Shown piece after piece: positions 43,577 through 53,755 of a stretch of DNA of 64,000 nucleotides. The stretch's first letter is position 1. Each line of letters opens with the position of its first letter. This stretch comes from an uncultured bacterium (GTDB lineage Bacteria > Chloroflexota > UBA5177 > JANWHV01), in assembly GCA_963827235.1 (NCBI GenBank), contig CAWHAE010000009.1, positions 352,001 through 416,000 on the forward strand, read 5' to 3'. Both the position numbers and the translations under genes were made by a program. Under the pieces are notes generated by a model. It was not told where the DNA came from and ran no database searches. It was given only the letters and a program-made list of their open reading frames with translations.

Positions 43577-43824
43577 CGGACAGCCGGTGCTGGTACTTCG
43601 CTATCGCCCCCGGCGAGCACGTGCACTCCCGCACGCTGTCCCCGGCATAGCCGCACGGGCACGGGTTCATCGCCCCCACCAGCATGAACTTGGCCGGAAA
43701 GGTCACCGAGCCGTTCACCCGGCTGATCGTCACCGTGCCGTCCTCCAGCGGCTGCCGCAGCACTTCCAGCCCCGCCTGGCTGAACTCCGGCAGCTCGTCC
43801 AGAAACAGCACGCCCCGGCGCGCC
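43573..43824 (-). repeat. Partial yifB/comM copy B (matches 44524-44775)
   Basis: 252-nt near-identical copy encoding [23 protein letters not shown], with about 7 substitutions. Confidence 0.95.
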
Positions 43825-44036
43825 GCCAATCCCTGTTCCGGATCCCAACCCAGGTGCAGTGCCTTGGACTCAAGATAACGATCGATGAGAGACAGGAGCG
43901 CGCTCTCCAGGACGCCATGCATTCCCTTAGGTGGCGGTATTTCCCGTATCGCTCCCCGCACATATTCATGCAGGTTCCCGTTGTCGGGTAACGCCAGGAA
44001 CTCTTCGAAGCTGTGGTGTCTTCGCTCTGCGACCAT
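43825..44036 (-). pseudogene. Uma2-family N-terminal fragment fused in frame to yifB copy B
   Basis: [38 protein letters not shown], a typical Uma2 N-terminus. Confidence 0.78.
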
Positions 44037-44141
44037 GCCTATCCCTCGCGCTACAAGCACAGTGTCCGCGTCCCGTATCACCTTGGACCTGTACAGAAGC
44101 GCGCAAATGTGCTGGACTGGAACAGGCAACGAGTGGGATAA

Positions 44142-45659
44142 CTACACTTGCTTCCGCGCCCGATACTGCAGCGCCTCGGCGGCGTGAATGGCAGCGATCG
44201 TCTCCGCACCCGCCAGGTCCGCGATCGTCCGCGCCAGCTTCAGCGTGCGGTGGTAGGCTCGGGCACTCAGGTGCAGCTGCTGCATGGCCGATTTCAGCAG
44301 CCCCTGCGCGCTTGCCTCCGTCAGGCAGTACTTGCGCACCTCGCTCGGCCCCATGTCCGCGTTCGCGATCAGGCCTGTCCCGGCAAAGCGCACCTGCTGC
44401 CGTTCCCGCGCCGCCTGCACCCGCGCCCGCACCGCATGGGACGGCTCGCCCTGGCTCTCGCCCGTCAGCTTCTCGTACTGCACTCGCGGCACTTCCACGT
44501 GGATGTCGATGCGGTCCACCAGCGGCCCCGACAGCCGGTGCTGGTACTTCGCTATCGCCCCCGGCGAGCACGTGCACTCCCGCACGCTGTCCCCGGCATA
44601 GCCGCACGGGCACGGGTTCATCGCCCCCACCAGCATGAACTTGGCTGGAAAGGTCACCGAGCCATTCACCCGGCTGATCGTCACCGTGCCGTCCTCCAGC
44701 GGCTGCCGCAGCACTTCCAGCCCCGCCTGGCCGAACTCCGGCAGCTCGTCCAGGAACAGCACCCCCCGGTGCGCCAGCGAGATCTCGCCCGGGCGCGGCC
44801 AGCGCCCGCCGCCCACCAACCCCGCGTTGCTGATCGTGTAGTGCGGCGCCCGGAACGGTCGCTCACGCACCATCGGCTGGTCCGGCGAGAGCATACCAGC
44901 CACCGAGAAGATCTTCGTCGCTTCCAGACTCTCCTCCGGCGTCATGCGCGGCAGGATCCCGGGCAGCGCGCGGGCAAGTAGCGTCTTGCCCGCGCCCGGC
45001 GATCCACTCATCAGCACGTTGTGCCCGCCGGCCGCAGCGACCTCCAGCGCCCGCTTCACGTGCTCCTGCCCGCGCACCGCGGAGAAGTCCACCGCCGACG
45101 TCGGTTCCACGTCCAGGTCCAGCCCCATCGGCTGCGCGGGTGCGATCGGCCTGTCACCGCGCAGATGCCCGACCAGCGCCGCCAGGTTCTCCCCCGGGAT
45201 GATCGTCATGCCTTCGACCAGCGCCGCCTCCGCAGCGTCGACCGCCGGCACGAACACCGTGCTGATCCCATGGTCCCGCGCCAGGGCCACCATGGGCAGG
45301 ATGCCGTTGGTGTGCCGCAGGGCCCCATCCAGCCCCAGCTCCCCCAGGAACAGGCACCCCGTGTCGTCGAATACGATCTGCTCACCCGCGCGCAGCACGC
45401 CCACTGCCATCGGCAGGTCGTACGATGGGCCTTCCTTGCGAATGTCTGCCGGCGCCAGGTTGACTGTGATGCGCTTGAGGGGGAAGCTGAGCCCGGAGTT
45501 GCGGATGGCGGCGCGCACGCGCTCCTTGGCCTCGTTGACCGCCGCGTCGGGCAGTCCCACGATGGTGAAGGCGGGCAGCCCGTTGGCCAGGTCTACTTCC
45601 ACCTGCACGAGGGCGCCGTCTAGGCCGACCACCGCGCATGACTGCACCATCGCCAGCAT
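44142..45659 (-). CDS. comM: YifB/ComM family Mg-chelatase-like AAA+ ATPase
   Basis: [65 protein letters not shown]. Confidence 0.95.
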   Translation of the reverse strand: MLAMVQSCAVVGLDGALVQVEVDLANGLPAFTIVGLPDAAVNEAKERVRAAIRNSGLSFPLKRITVNLAPADIRKEGPSYDLPMAVGVLRAGEQIVFDDTGCLFLGELGLDGALRHTNGILPMVALARDHGISTVFVPAVDAAEAALVEGMTIIPGENLAALVGHLRGDRPIAPAQPMGLDLDVEPTSAVDFSAVRGQEHVKRALEVAAAGGHNVLMSGSPGAGKTLLARALPGILPRMTPEESLEATKIFSVAGMLSPDQPMVRERPFRAPHYTISNAGLVGGGRWPRPGEISLAHRGVLFLDELPEFGQAGLEVLRQPLEDGTVTISRVNGSVTFPAKFMLVGAMNPCPCGYAGDSVRECTCSPGAIAKYQHRLSGPLVDRIDIHVEVPRVQYEKLTGESQGEPSHAVRARVQAARERQQVRFAGTGLIANADMGPSEVRKYCLTEASAQGLLKSAMQQLHLSARAYHRTLKLARTIADLAGAETIAAIHAAEALQYRARKQV

Positions 45660-45881
45660 CGGACCGCTTCCTTCCCGCTACGCCGGAAAGTGTAGCATAG
45701 GGCGTGCGCAGGGAAGGCCGCAGTCGCCGGGAATGCTGTGAAATATCGCAACCGGGATCGTCCGGTCAGGCGGGGCGCCACACCGCCTTGGCGGCGCGAC
45801 CTGGAGTGGGCACGCCGGGGCTTCTCGGTCATATCCAGAGCCCACGCTGCCCGGCAGCGAGAGCAGCCACTCACCCGGGCA

Positions 45882-48053
45882 TCAGAGGGCCTCGATCAGC
45901 AGCAGCTCCGAGGTAAGCGGGCTTTCCAGGCGAATCTCCAGTCCGTCGCGGCGCAGGTCCAGGCCCGTGAGCTCGACGCACTCGCCGGTATTGTCCAGCT
46001 GCACCCGGTAAGCCCGGCCATCGCGCAGGCCGCGTGGTCGATAGCAGTAGCGACCTGGATCGGGCTCGGTCAAGCGGAAGATCCCGGCCACTTCGCTCGA
46101 GCCGTCGGGTGAGGCGTATTCCAGCACGCACCACGGCCGCGGCCGGTCCAAGGGTAGCACGGGCGTGTGGTGATAGACCCTGGCGTCGGGCAGGATCGGG
46201 CGAATGAACTCCTTATAGAGACGTACGGCGTGTGCGATCGTGGCGCGGCGTGGCTCGCCGAGCTGGTCCGGAGACGGCGCGATCCCGCGGAAGATCGGAT
46301 GGGCGAACAGGCAGGAGCGCAGCAGGTAGTCGAGGTCGCCGTACAGGTAATTGTCCGGAAACTCGGTGCCGAAGGTGCGCAGGCAGATCTCCGGCGGCAG
46401 GTGCAGGCTCAGGCCGTTCAGGATCTTGAGCGAACGCGGGGCAGGCATCCAGTCCGAGATCTCGGTGATCTGGAAGTAGCGCAGCATGCCGAGATCCAGC
46501 CGGCCCCCGCCTGAAGCGCAGTTCTCGAAGATCACTCCGGGGAAACGCCGGCGAAGGCGCTCGAATATGCCCCAGATCGCTTCCACGTGACGCCAGATCG
46601 TGTTCTCGAGGAAGCCGTCTCGCAGCCGGTTGCCGCCCTCGTAGACGTGGGTATTGTAGTCCAGGCGAAACACGTCGAGCCCGTATTGCGCGATGATCCG
46701 CACGAGCTCGGCTTCCATCCAGCCGGCGACCGCGGGATTCGCCACGTCTAGGTGCCTTCCTTTCCCCACCGGCTCGCCGTTGCGGGTCAGCACCCAGTCC
46801 GGATGTTCCTTGAGCAGCATGGAACTGGCGCCGATGCTCTCGATTTCGACCCATAGACCGAACAGCAAGCCTTTATCGTGGGCATGCCGGACCAGAGGAT
46901 GGAGATCGTTCGGCAGCCATGCCCCGGCGTACCAATCGCCGACGTTGTCGGCCCAGCGGTTTGGCTCTGGTCCGTACCAGCCGGCATCGATCATGAAGAT
47001 CTCGGCGCCGATCTCGGCGGCCATGTCGATCTCGCGCATGATCCCACCCTCGTCTTCGTGGTCCGAAAGGTAGCCGCGATGGTTGGCTTCGATCAGCTGC
47101 GACTTGCCCGGCAATTGTGCCGGCAGTACGGCGGAACGAATGTGGTCGTGCAGCGCCTGGACACAGCCGTCCAGGTCCGCATGCAAATGCCCTATGTGTA
47201 CCGCCGGGACGCTGACCGTCTCGCCGGCTTCGATCACGCGCAGGGTGGGGTCCGCGGCGAACGGCCCTATCTTGACGAAGAGCCTGGCATAGCGCGCCCG
47301 ATCGTCCTGTTCGACGGTGATCTCGTACCGCCAGTTGCCGCTCCAGGCCAGCTCTCCGATGAAGGTCTCGCCGGTGACCTCGTTTCTGAGCATGAACGAC
47401 GGCCGGCCGTGTCCGGAACGGCCCATCCTGCCCTCGACGACCTTCGTGCCGGCGCGCAACGGCTCCCAGCGGAAGTCGCCCTCTCTGAGAGGGCTCGAAT
47501 CGACGAAGTAGCCCAGGCTGAACACCGATCCCGAGCCGCCCTCGGGCAGGTTCTCGGCGAAATCGCGAATCCACCAGAGCAAGCCGGCAAACGGGGCAAC
47601 GGCCGACAGCGAGACCGGTCGCGCCCCGGTATTGGTCACGCTCAGCCAGCGCTCGAGAAACGGGCTGCCGTCGAAGCGCGTGTGCACTGTCACGCCGGCG
47701 TCGCTCGACTGATGCGCGAGCTCGATCGCCAGGTGGCGCGATCCGGGACGATCTTCGGCGATCTCCCGGCTGGCAACCCATTGCCAGGCGCTCTCGAGCA
47801 GCAGGTTGCCGATGCGCAGATGGAATGCCTCGGTAGGCAGGATGTCGACGATCTCCCGTTCCTGCTCGATGGCCTGCCAGGGCCTGATCGTCCCGTTCGC
47901 CGACCAATATCTGCCGATGAATCGGCCGCTGCTCAGCTCTTCGTCATAGATGGTGAGACCGGATCTGTAGCAGACGCCTGGCGAAGGTGCGGAGCGCAGC
48001 TCAATCGCCGTGTCGGCCTCTTCATTGAGGCGGTTGATAGGCAACCGTGGCAT
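45882..48053 (-). CDS. GH36 alpha-galactosidase-like protein
   Basis: FMIDAGW, GDW, FGLWVE.E, LDYN, ENCASGGGRLDLG, ISD. Confidence 0.9.
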   Translation of the reverse strand: MPRLPINRLNEEADTAIELRSAPSPGVCYRSGLTIYDEELSSGRFIGRYWSANGTIRPWQAIEQEREIVDILPTEAFHLRIGNLLLESAWQWVASREIAEDRPGSRHLAIELAHQSSDAGVTVHTRFDGSPFLERWLSVTNTGARPVSLSAVAPFAGLLWWIRDFAENLPEGGSGSVFSLGYFVDSSPLREGDFRWEPLRAGTKVVEGRMGRSGHGRPSFMLRNEVTGETFIGELAWSGNWRYEITVEQDDRARYARLFVKIGPFAADPTLRVIEAGETVSVPAVHIGHLHADLDGCVQALHDHIRSAVLPAQLPGKSQLIEANHRGYLSDHEDEGGIMREIDMAAEIGAEIFMIDAGWYGPEPNRWADNVGDWYAGAWLPNDLHPLVRHAHDKGLLFGLWVEIESIGASSMLLKEHPDWVLTRNGEPVGKGRHLDVANPAVAGWMEAELVRIIAQYGLDVFRLDYNTHVYEGGNRLRDGFLENTIWRHVEAIWGIFERLRRRFPGVIFENCASGGGRLDLGMLRYFQITEISDWMPAPRSLKILNGLSLHLPPEICLRTFGTEFPDNYLYGDLDYLLRSCLFAHPIFRGIAPSPDQLGEPRRATIAHAVRLYKEFIRPILPDARVYHHTPVLPLDRPRPWCVLEYASPDGSSEVAGIFRLTEPDPGRYCYRPRGLRDGRAYRVQLDNTGECVELTGLDLRRDGLEIRLESPLTSELLLIEAL

Positions 48054-48310
48054 AATCGTGTCTCCTTCATTCGTGAGCCGCGGTCCAGCGGAGGCGTGTG
48101 CTTCTCTCAGGCACATATCGGGTCGCTTCGCCGCGCGAGGCAGCATGCAGTGCCATGTGTGTTATACCGCTCGCCACCCCGATTGGCCGGCACCAGCGCT
48201 GCCGGATTTGCCGCGTGCCTTACTCATGAATTGGCCGGCCTACGCCGTCCGCGGCCGGGCGATGCGGGCAGCGACAACCGCGGTCGATCTCGCCATGGAG
48301 CGCGTGCGCA

Positions 48311-48344
48311 CGGGCATCGCGCAGCCGCGGGCATCGCGCAGCCG
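48311..48344. repeat. 17-bp perfect tandem duplication
   Basis: CGGGCATCGCGCAGCCG twice, intergenic. Confidence 0.8.
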
Positions 48345-48366
48345 CACCGGCAGGCAGCGGCGCGTC

Positions 48367-49506
48367 TCAGGCCGGCGGGCCGGCGATTTCCTCGGGAAGG
48401 ACGGCCTGACCTGAGCTGCTCGACCGGTATGCGGCCAGCACGATAGCCAGCGTGGCCCGCCCGTCTTCGAGCGTGATCGTGGGCGGCGTGTCGGCCAGGA
48501 TCTGGCCGAGAAAGTGGCGCAGCTCGGCAGCATAGCCCAGCGCCCACCGCTCGTCCGCCAACGGGTAGCTCCAGTTCTGATCGGCACGCGGAATCGCGCC
48601 GAACATCGAGGCGCCGAGCGTGCCGTAGCCGGGCTGGCTATACACCCGGATCGGCGAGTTACGGTAGATATCGAGAAAGATGGTGCCTTTGGTGCCGTAG
48701 ATCTCGGCCCGATCGTCGAATGTCCCCAGCGCGTTGACCAGCGAAGTGTCGACCCAGGCAATCTGACCGCCGCGATGGCGCAGCGTGACGTAGGCTGCAT
48801 CCTCGACGCCATCCTGTTGATGGCTGACCGTGCTCAGCTCGGCATAGACTCGCGTGACCGGCTCGCGGTCGAGCAGATAGCGGATGTACATGATGCAGTG
48901 GCAGCCGGTGCTCATCAGGGCACCGCCACCGCTCTTCGCCTCGTCGAGGTACCACGATCCCAGGGTCTGTCCTTCTCCTCCGGAGGGCGCCCCCGAGTGT
49001 AGGGCACCATAGGCATCTTGCTGCGCCGCCACGCCACCGCCGGAGCTCTCGCAGCAGCGGAGGAACATCACGTCGCCGATACCCCCTGCGTCGATAACCT
49101 CCTTGGCCTGCCGGTAGCACGGACTGAAGCACAGGTTCTCCAGGTACTGCGTGTGCACGCGCGCCGCTCGGGCTGCCGCGATCATGGCATCCGCCTGCTC
49201 GAGGCTCAGGCAGAGCGGCTTCTCTACCGCCACGTGCTTGCCCGCCTGTGCAGCCTCGATCATGACCGGCTCATGCAAGAACGTGGGCGTGGCCACTATC
49301 ACCGCGTCGATGTCCTTGCGCTCGAGCACCCACCTGTAATCGGTATAGGCGCTGGCGCCATAGCGATCGGCCGTCGATCGTGCGCGCTGCTCGTCCAGGT
49401 CACAGACCGCCACGAGCTCCGACTCGGGGATGCCGGCACACCACTGCGCGTGTGTCGGGCCGATCGATCCCAGCCCGATCACGGCTGTTCGCACCCTGCG
49501 GGACAT
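48367..49506 (-). CDS. Gfo/Idh/MocA family oxidoreductase
   Basis: IGLGSIG, ATPTFLH, GKHVAVEKP, SGGGALMSTGCH. Confidence 0.92.
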   Translation of the reverse strand: MSRRVRTAVIGLGSIGPTHAQWCAGIPESELVAVCDLDEQRARSTADRYGASAYTDYRWVLERKDIDAVIVATPTFLHEPVMIEAAQAGKHVAVEKPLCLSLEQADAMIAAARAARVHTQYLENLCFSPCYRQAKEVIDAGGIGDVMFLRCCESSGGGVAAQQDAYGALHSGAPSGGEGQTLGSWYLDEAKSGGGALMSTGCHCIMYIRYLLDREPVTRVYAELSTVSHQQDGVEDAAYVTLRHRGGQIAWVDTSLVNALGTFDDRAEIYGTKGTIFLDIYRNSPIRVYSQPGYGTLGASMFGAIPRADQNWSYPLADERWALGYAAELRHFLGQILADTPPTITLEDGRATLAIVLAAYRSSSSGQAVLPEEIAGPPA

Positions 49507-49563
49507 AACCATTGCCTCCTCTGCATTGGGCGCCGCACGGGTCTATGCTTCCCGGCGCGCGGT

Positions 49564-50397
49564 CTATCCCTTGATGGCGCCCAGGGTCAGGCCGCGGATG
49601 ATGAAGCGCTGGACGATCACGAAGAATACGATTTGCGGGCCCGTGGAGACGATCGTCGCCGCTGCCATCAGCGACCAGTCGAAGTTGGCATAGCCCTGGA
49701 AGTTGGCGATCGCCAGAGACACGGTGTTGGCATTGCTGTAGGCCAGGGCAAGCGGAAACAGCAGATTCGTCCACACGGTGATGAAGCTCAGGACGGCGGT
49801 CGCCACGATACCCGGCGCGATGAGCGGTACCACGACACGCCAGAGGAGAGTCGTGGTGCCGCAGCCGTCCATCCGTGCCGCCTCGTCGATCTCGCCGGGA
49901 ACGGACTGAATGTAGCCGACCAGGAGCCAGGTGGTGTAGGGAAGCGTATAGATCTGGAACGCCACGACCAGGCCGAAATCGGTATCGTAGAGGCCGCTCG
50001 TGCGGAACAGCGTGTAGAGCGGGATGAGAAACACCATCTCGGGCAGCATGCGAACCACGATCAGCCATGTGCCGGCCAGTGTGCCTCCCAAGGGTCGCAT
50101 GCGGGCCAGGGAGTAGGCAAACGGGATTCCCAGCACAAGCGTGAGCAGAATGGTGGCCAGGCCGACCACGATCGTGTTCACGAAGTCGTGGGCGAAGGTC
50201 CCTACCGACCAGACGTCGACGTAGTGCTGCCACTGCGGCGCGAAAGTCCAGACCGGCGGAATGGCCATCGAGTCGATCTGTGTCTTGAGCGAGGTCCAGA
50301 TCACCCAGAGTATGGGCGCCAGGAAGAAGGCCGACACGCAGATCAGCAGGAAGTAGGGCACGACACGCCGGCGCACGACCGCGAGTGTGGTATTCAT
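49564..50397 (-). CDS. Carbohydrate ABC permease (MalG-like)
   Basis: EIDEAARMDG, QRFIIRGLTLGAIKG. Confidence 0.93.
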   Translation of the reverse strand: MNTTLAVVRRRVVPYFLLICVSAFFLAPILWVIWTSLKTQIDSMAIPPVWTFAPQWQHYVDVWSVGTFAHDFVNTIVVGLATILLTLVLGIPFAYSLARMRPLGGTLAGTWLIVVRMLPEMVFLIPLYTLFRTSGLYDTDFGLVVAFQIYTLPYTTWLLVGYIQSVPGEIDEAARMDGCGTTTLLWRVVVPLIAPGIVATAVLSFITVWTNLLFPLALAYSNANTVSLAIANFQGYANFDWSLMAAATIVSTGPQIVFFVIVQRFIIRGLTLGAIKG

Positions 50398-50400
50398 CTG

Positions 50401-51336
50401 CTACACCGCCACTTCCGGCGTGAACCGCAGGTAGAGCACGACCAGGATACCCATGATCAGTGCCAGAACCACCGCGAGTGCCGAAGCATAGCCGATATTG
50501 AGGTAGTTGCCGAGACCTTGGGTGTAGATGTAGAGCTGGCTGACGATGGTCTCGTTGGCCGGACCGCCTGCCGTCGTGCCCCACACCAGCGCGAAGACGC
50601 GCAACAGGTCGACGGCGCGGAACAGAAGGGCGAAGAGGATAAACGGCCTCAGCCAGGGCAGGGCGATATAGCGGAAGGTCTGCAACGCCGAAGCGCCGTC
50701 AATCATGGACATCTCGATCAGATCGCGCGGCAGGCTCTGCAGGCCGGCGAGCAGGATGAGCACGATATTGCCGGTCTGCCACCAGGCGTCGACCACCGCG
50801 AGCGCCGGCATCGCGGCCGTGGGGTCGCCCAGCCAATCCGGGGTCGGCAGGTTTAGGGTGCCCAGCACATAGTTGATGAAGCCCTGCGAGGGATCGAGCA
50901 GCATCTTCCACATCACTGCCGCCACGATGTCGGCGATCATCAGCGGGAAGATGATGGCGGATCGGAAGAGGGTTATCCCGGGCAGGTCGAGATTGAGCAG
51001 GATTGCGCAGAGTAGGCCCAGACCGAATTCGAGCGTGATGGCCATGCCCGAGAACATGAGCGTGTGACCGAGCGAGGACCAGAATAGCGAATCGCTGAGC
51101 AGGTTCTGGTAGTTGCTCAGGCCGATCCAGCGCATGCTGCCCGCCTGGCCATAGCTCCAGTTCCATTGGTGGAAGCTCACGAAGAGGCCGTCGAAAACCG
51201 GGTACAGCGTGATGGCGGCCAGCAGGAGAAACCCCGGAGCAGCGAGCGCGTAGGCAGGCAAGCGCTTTTGTCGCCATGCGCGATGGCGCGCGGACGCAGG
51301 CATCGCGTGTGCGGTTTGGCTCACGGCTTTCGGCAT
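50401..51336 (-). CDS. Carbohydrate ABC permease (MalF-like)
   Basis: IGLSNY, LAGLQSLP..IDGA, TAGGP, IGYASALA. Confidence 0.93.
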   Translation of the reverse strand: MPKAVSQTAHAMPASARHRAWRQKRLPAYALAAPGFLLLAAITLYPVFDGLFVSFHQWNWSYGQAGSMRWIGLSNYQNLLSDSLFWSSLGHTLMFSGMAITLEFGLGLLCAILLNLDLPGITLFRSAIIFPLMIADIVAAVMWKMLLDPSQGFINYVLGTLNLPTPDWLGDPTAAMPALAVVDAWWQTGNIVLILLAGLQSLPRDLIEMSMIDGASALQTFRYIALPWLRPFILFALLFRAVDLLRVFALVWGTTAGGPANETIVSQLYIYTQGLGNYLNIGYASALAVVLALIMGILVVLYLRFTPEVAV

Positions 51337-51600
51337 CCTCTCATACCGCCATCGGCCCCTGTACGGTTCAACGCAGCGTCGTCCTTTGCCCGAGCGGACC
51401 GGGACCCGGACCGCCCTCGCGGGTGAAGACCGGAGTCAGGCGATGCCCAGCCATGGGCGCCCCGCCACTCCCGAGGTCGCCGGCAACGTGTGCTTCCGCT
51501 CTCTGCGACGGCGGCACCATGCTCCACCCGCGAGCGATCCGGACATTCTTCCAGAGCCGGCCGGGCATGGCTCTGCCCTACCGGCCGGCCGGTGTTCGGA

Positions 51601-52662
51601 CTACGGCCAAACTGCATCGGGCGCGCCCAGCACACCCTTGCCGAGGAAGATGCGTGCGTCGAGATCGTAGATACCGCGCTCTGCCGCGCCGTACACGGTA
51701 AACGCCTCGAGCGGGCCCAGCAGCGTGAACGGCGAGAGCAGCTCGTGCGGCGTGCCGAGCGCGGCCGCGTCGTAGACCAGGGAGGTGGATCCGCGCGCCT
51801 GCACGAAGCCCAGGACCTGCTCATCCATGGCCCGTGTGTCGCCCGACCCGATCAGGTGCACCATGTACGGCTTCTGGCGGTCCAGCATCTCGCACGGCCC
51901 GTGCCGGAACTCGGCCGGATCGATGAGCGAGCCGTGGATGCGGAGGTTTTCCATGAACACGGTCAGGGCGAACTTGTAGGCCAGTCCCCAGAGCGGCCCG
52001 GAACCGAGCACATACAGCATCGACACGTCGCGCCATTTCTGGGCATCTTGGCGGGCCGCCGCCTCGGTCTGCAGCAGGACGGAGGCAAGGTGTTCCGGCA
52101 GCGCGGGGAGGGCGGAGTCCACGGCCTGCACTTCGGGACCGGCCTGACCGCGCCGGCGAGCAATGGCCACGGCAAGCAGGTAGGAGAGCAAGAGCGGGCA
52201 GGCATAGAGCGCGATGGAGTCGTACGCGATCGCCGCGTCGGCTTCTCGCGCCAGGGTCACGCTCGGCCGCCGCACGAAGGCAAGCGTCGTGGCGCCCCGC
52301 TCTTTGGCGAATCGCAGCGCGGCGACCGTGTCCTGTGTTTCTCCACTATAGGAATGGACGACGACGAGCGAGCCGGGACCCAGCGCCGGGCCGGCATCGC
52401 GAACGAAGGGGAAACCCGAGACCACCTGGCTGGGCAGCGTGGTCCAGCGGTTCAACAAGTAGCTGCCGGAGTAGAGGGCAGCATAGGCGCCGCCGCATGC
52501 CACGAAGAACACGCGCTCGATGGATTCGAGCTTCAGCGAGCCGAATGTAGCGTCGATCTCCTGCCGCCGTTGCAGGAGCCGTCCTATGTCCGAAGCCAGT
52601 ACGGGAGCGGTGAAGAACTCGCTGCCCCGTGCCTGCTGTAGTCTTGCCTCACTGACAACCAC
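51601..52662 (-). CDS. SIS-domain deglycase (FrlB / fructosamine-6-phosphate deglycase-like)
   Basis: FVACGG, SYSGETQDT, LGSGP.WG.AY.F..FME, EFRHGP.E. Confidence 0.85.
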   Translation of the reverse strand: MVVSEARLQQARGSEFFTAPVLASDIGRLLQRRQEIDATFGSLKLESIERVFFVACGGAYAALYSGSYLLNRWTTLPSQVVSGFPFVRDAGPALGPGSLVVVHSYSGETQDTVAALRFAKERGATTLAFVRRPSVTLAREADAAIAYDSIALYACPLLLSYLLAVAIARRRGQAGPEVQAVDSALPALPEHLASVLLQTEAAARQDAQKWRDVSMLYVLGSGPLWGLAYKFALTVFMENLRIHGSLIDPAEFRHGPCEMLDRQKPYMVHLIGSGDTRAMDEQVLGFVQARGSTSLVYDAAALGTPHELLSPFTLLGPLEAFTVYGAAERGIYDLDARIFLGKGVLGAPDAVWP

Positions 52663-52694
52663 CGCGAACTACCTCCTCAGAACCTCTTCGCACA

Positions 52695-52896
52695 GTGATC
52701 ACATACTGAGCATAACGGATTATATGTGATTGTTACTAGCCGGTCAAGGCTACTGAACGTGATCATGGTGTGCGGCGGATTACCGATCCTCCTCAGGAAC
52801 CACCCTACCACTCCCGCCCCGAGTGAGGCTGTATGAAGCTTGTCCGTGATAGGTATTGACCATTTGAGACCGTAATGGTAGGCTATTGGTCAGCAA
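52695..52896. promoter_or_regulatory. Divergent promoter region with GTGAT-type operator repeats
   Basis: GTGATCAC (52695), inverted pair ATCACATA / TATGTGAT (52698-52730), GTGATCAT near 52760; TTGACC..TGgTAGGCT upstream of the DeoR gene. Confidence 0.55.
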
Positions 52897-53694
52897 GTGA
52901 CGATGAGAAGATCATCAGAGGAGCGAGTAGTGATCGCTGCGCAGCGCCGGAAGATGATACTGGAAGACCTGGAGAGCGCCGGGAGTCTGCTCGTCGATGC
53001 CACCAGCCGGCGTCTGGATGCTTCCACGGTGACCGTGCGCCGTGACTTTGCTGCTCTTGCGAGGGAGGGGAAAGCAGTACGGGTCCGAGGCGGAATAGTA
53101 TCGGTCAACGATGGCCAGGCGGTCGAGCTTCCCTACAGCGTCAAGCATACGCAGCACCTTCCGGAAAAACGGCGCATAGCCGCGCTGGCTGCCGGTCTCA
53201 TTGAAGAGGATCAGGCCATTATCCTGGATGGCGGCACCACCACGGCGCAGATTGCCGCGCAGTTGCGGACGAAGCGGCACATCTCGATCATCACCACCAA
53301 TCTGCGCGTCATGGTGCTGCTGGCAGAGTCCACCAACCATACGGTCATCGTGCCGAGCGGCATCTTGCGGCCGGGCATGTACGAGCTATTCGGGCCGGAA
53401 ATGGTCGGCTTCTTCCGCACGCTGCACGTCGACTATGCCTTCATCGGCGCGGACGGCATCGATCCGATCCAGGGCGTGATGAGCGCCGGCATAGCCGATC
53501 CTCCGGTGAAGCGCGCCATGATGGCCGCGGCACAGCACACGGTCGTGGTCGCGGACCATGCCAAATTCGGCCACCGTGCTCTCACACAGGTCTGTGACCT
53601 GCGCGACGTGTCGCGACTGATCACCGACACAGGCCTGGAGCCGGACATTGCTCGCGCAATGGCGGAAGCCGGCATCACGATCGACCTCGCCTAG
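52897..53694 (+). CDS. DeoR/GlpR family regulator
   Basis: S.VTVRRDF, RVRGG, EKRRIA..AA, LDGGTT, ADHAKFG. Confidence 0.93.
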   Translation: MTMRRSSEERVVIAAQRRKMILEDLESAGSLLVDATSRRLDASTVTVRRDFAALAREGKAVRVRGGIVSVNDGQAVELPYSVKHTQHLPEKRRIAALAAGLIEEDQAIILDGGTTTAQIAAQLRTKRHISIITTNLRVMVLLAESTNHTVIVPSGILRPGMYELFGPEMVGFFRTLHVDYAFIGADGIDPIQGVMSAGIADPPVKRAMMAAAQHTVVVADHAKFGHRALTQVCDLRDVSRLITDTGLEPDIARAMAEAGITIDLA

Positions 53695-53755
53695 CCAGCC
53701 CTAGCCCCGCGTGCAGAGACGTCCAGCACGCCAGTTTGCTGAAAAGGAGTCAGAT

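Noticed and set aside
37457-44775. yifB copies as template/variable repeats of a diversity-generating retroelement
   Set aside because: No reverse transcriptase in the window; the differences are few, mostly synonymous and not adenine-specific.
37457-45659. Prophage or ICE integrated in comM with att duplication
   Set aside because: No integrase, phage or conjugation genes. The copies are internal, hundreds of bp long and allelic, rather than a short att core or a restored gene end. An ancient, eroded element cannot be fully excluded.
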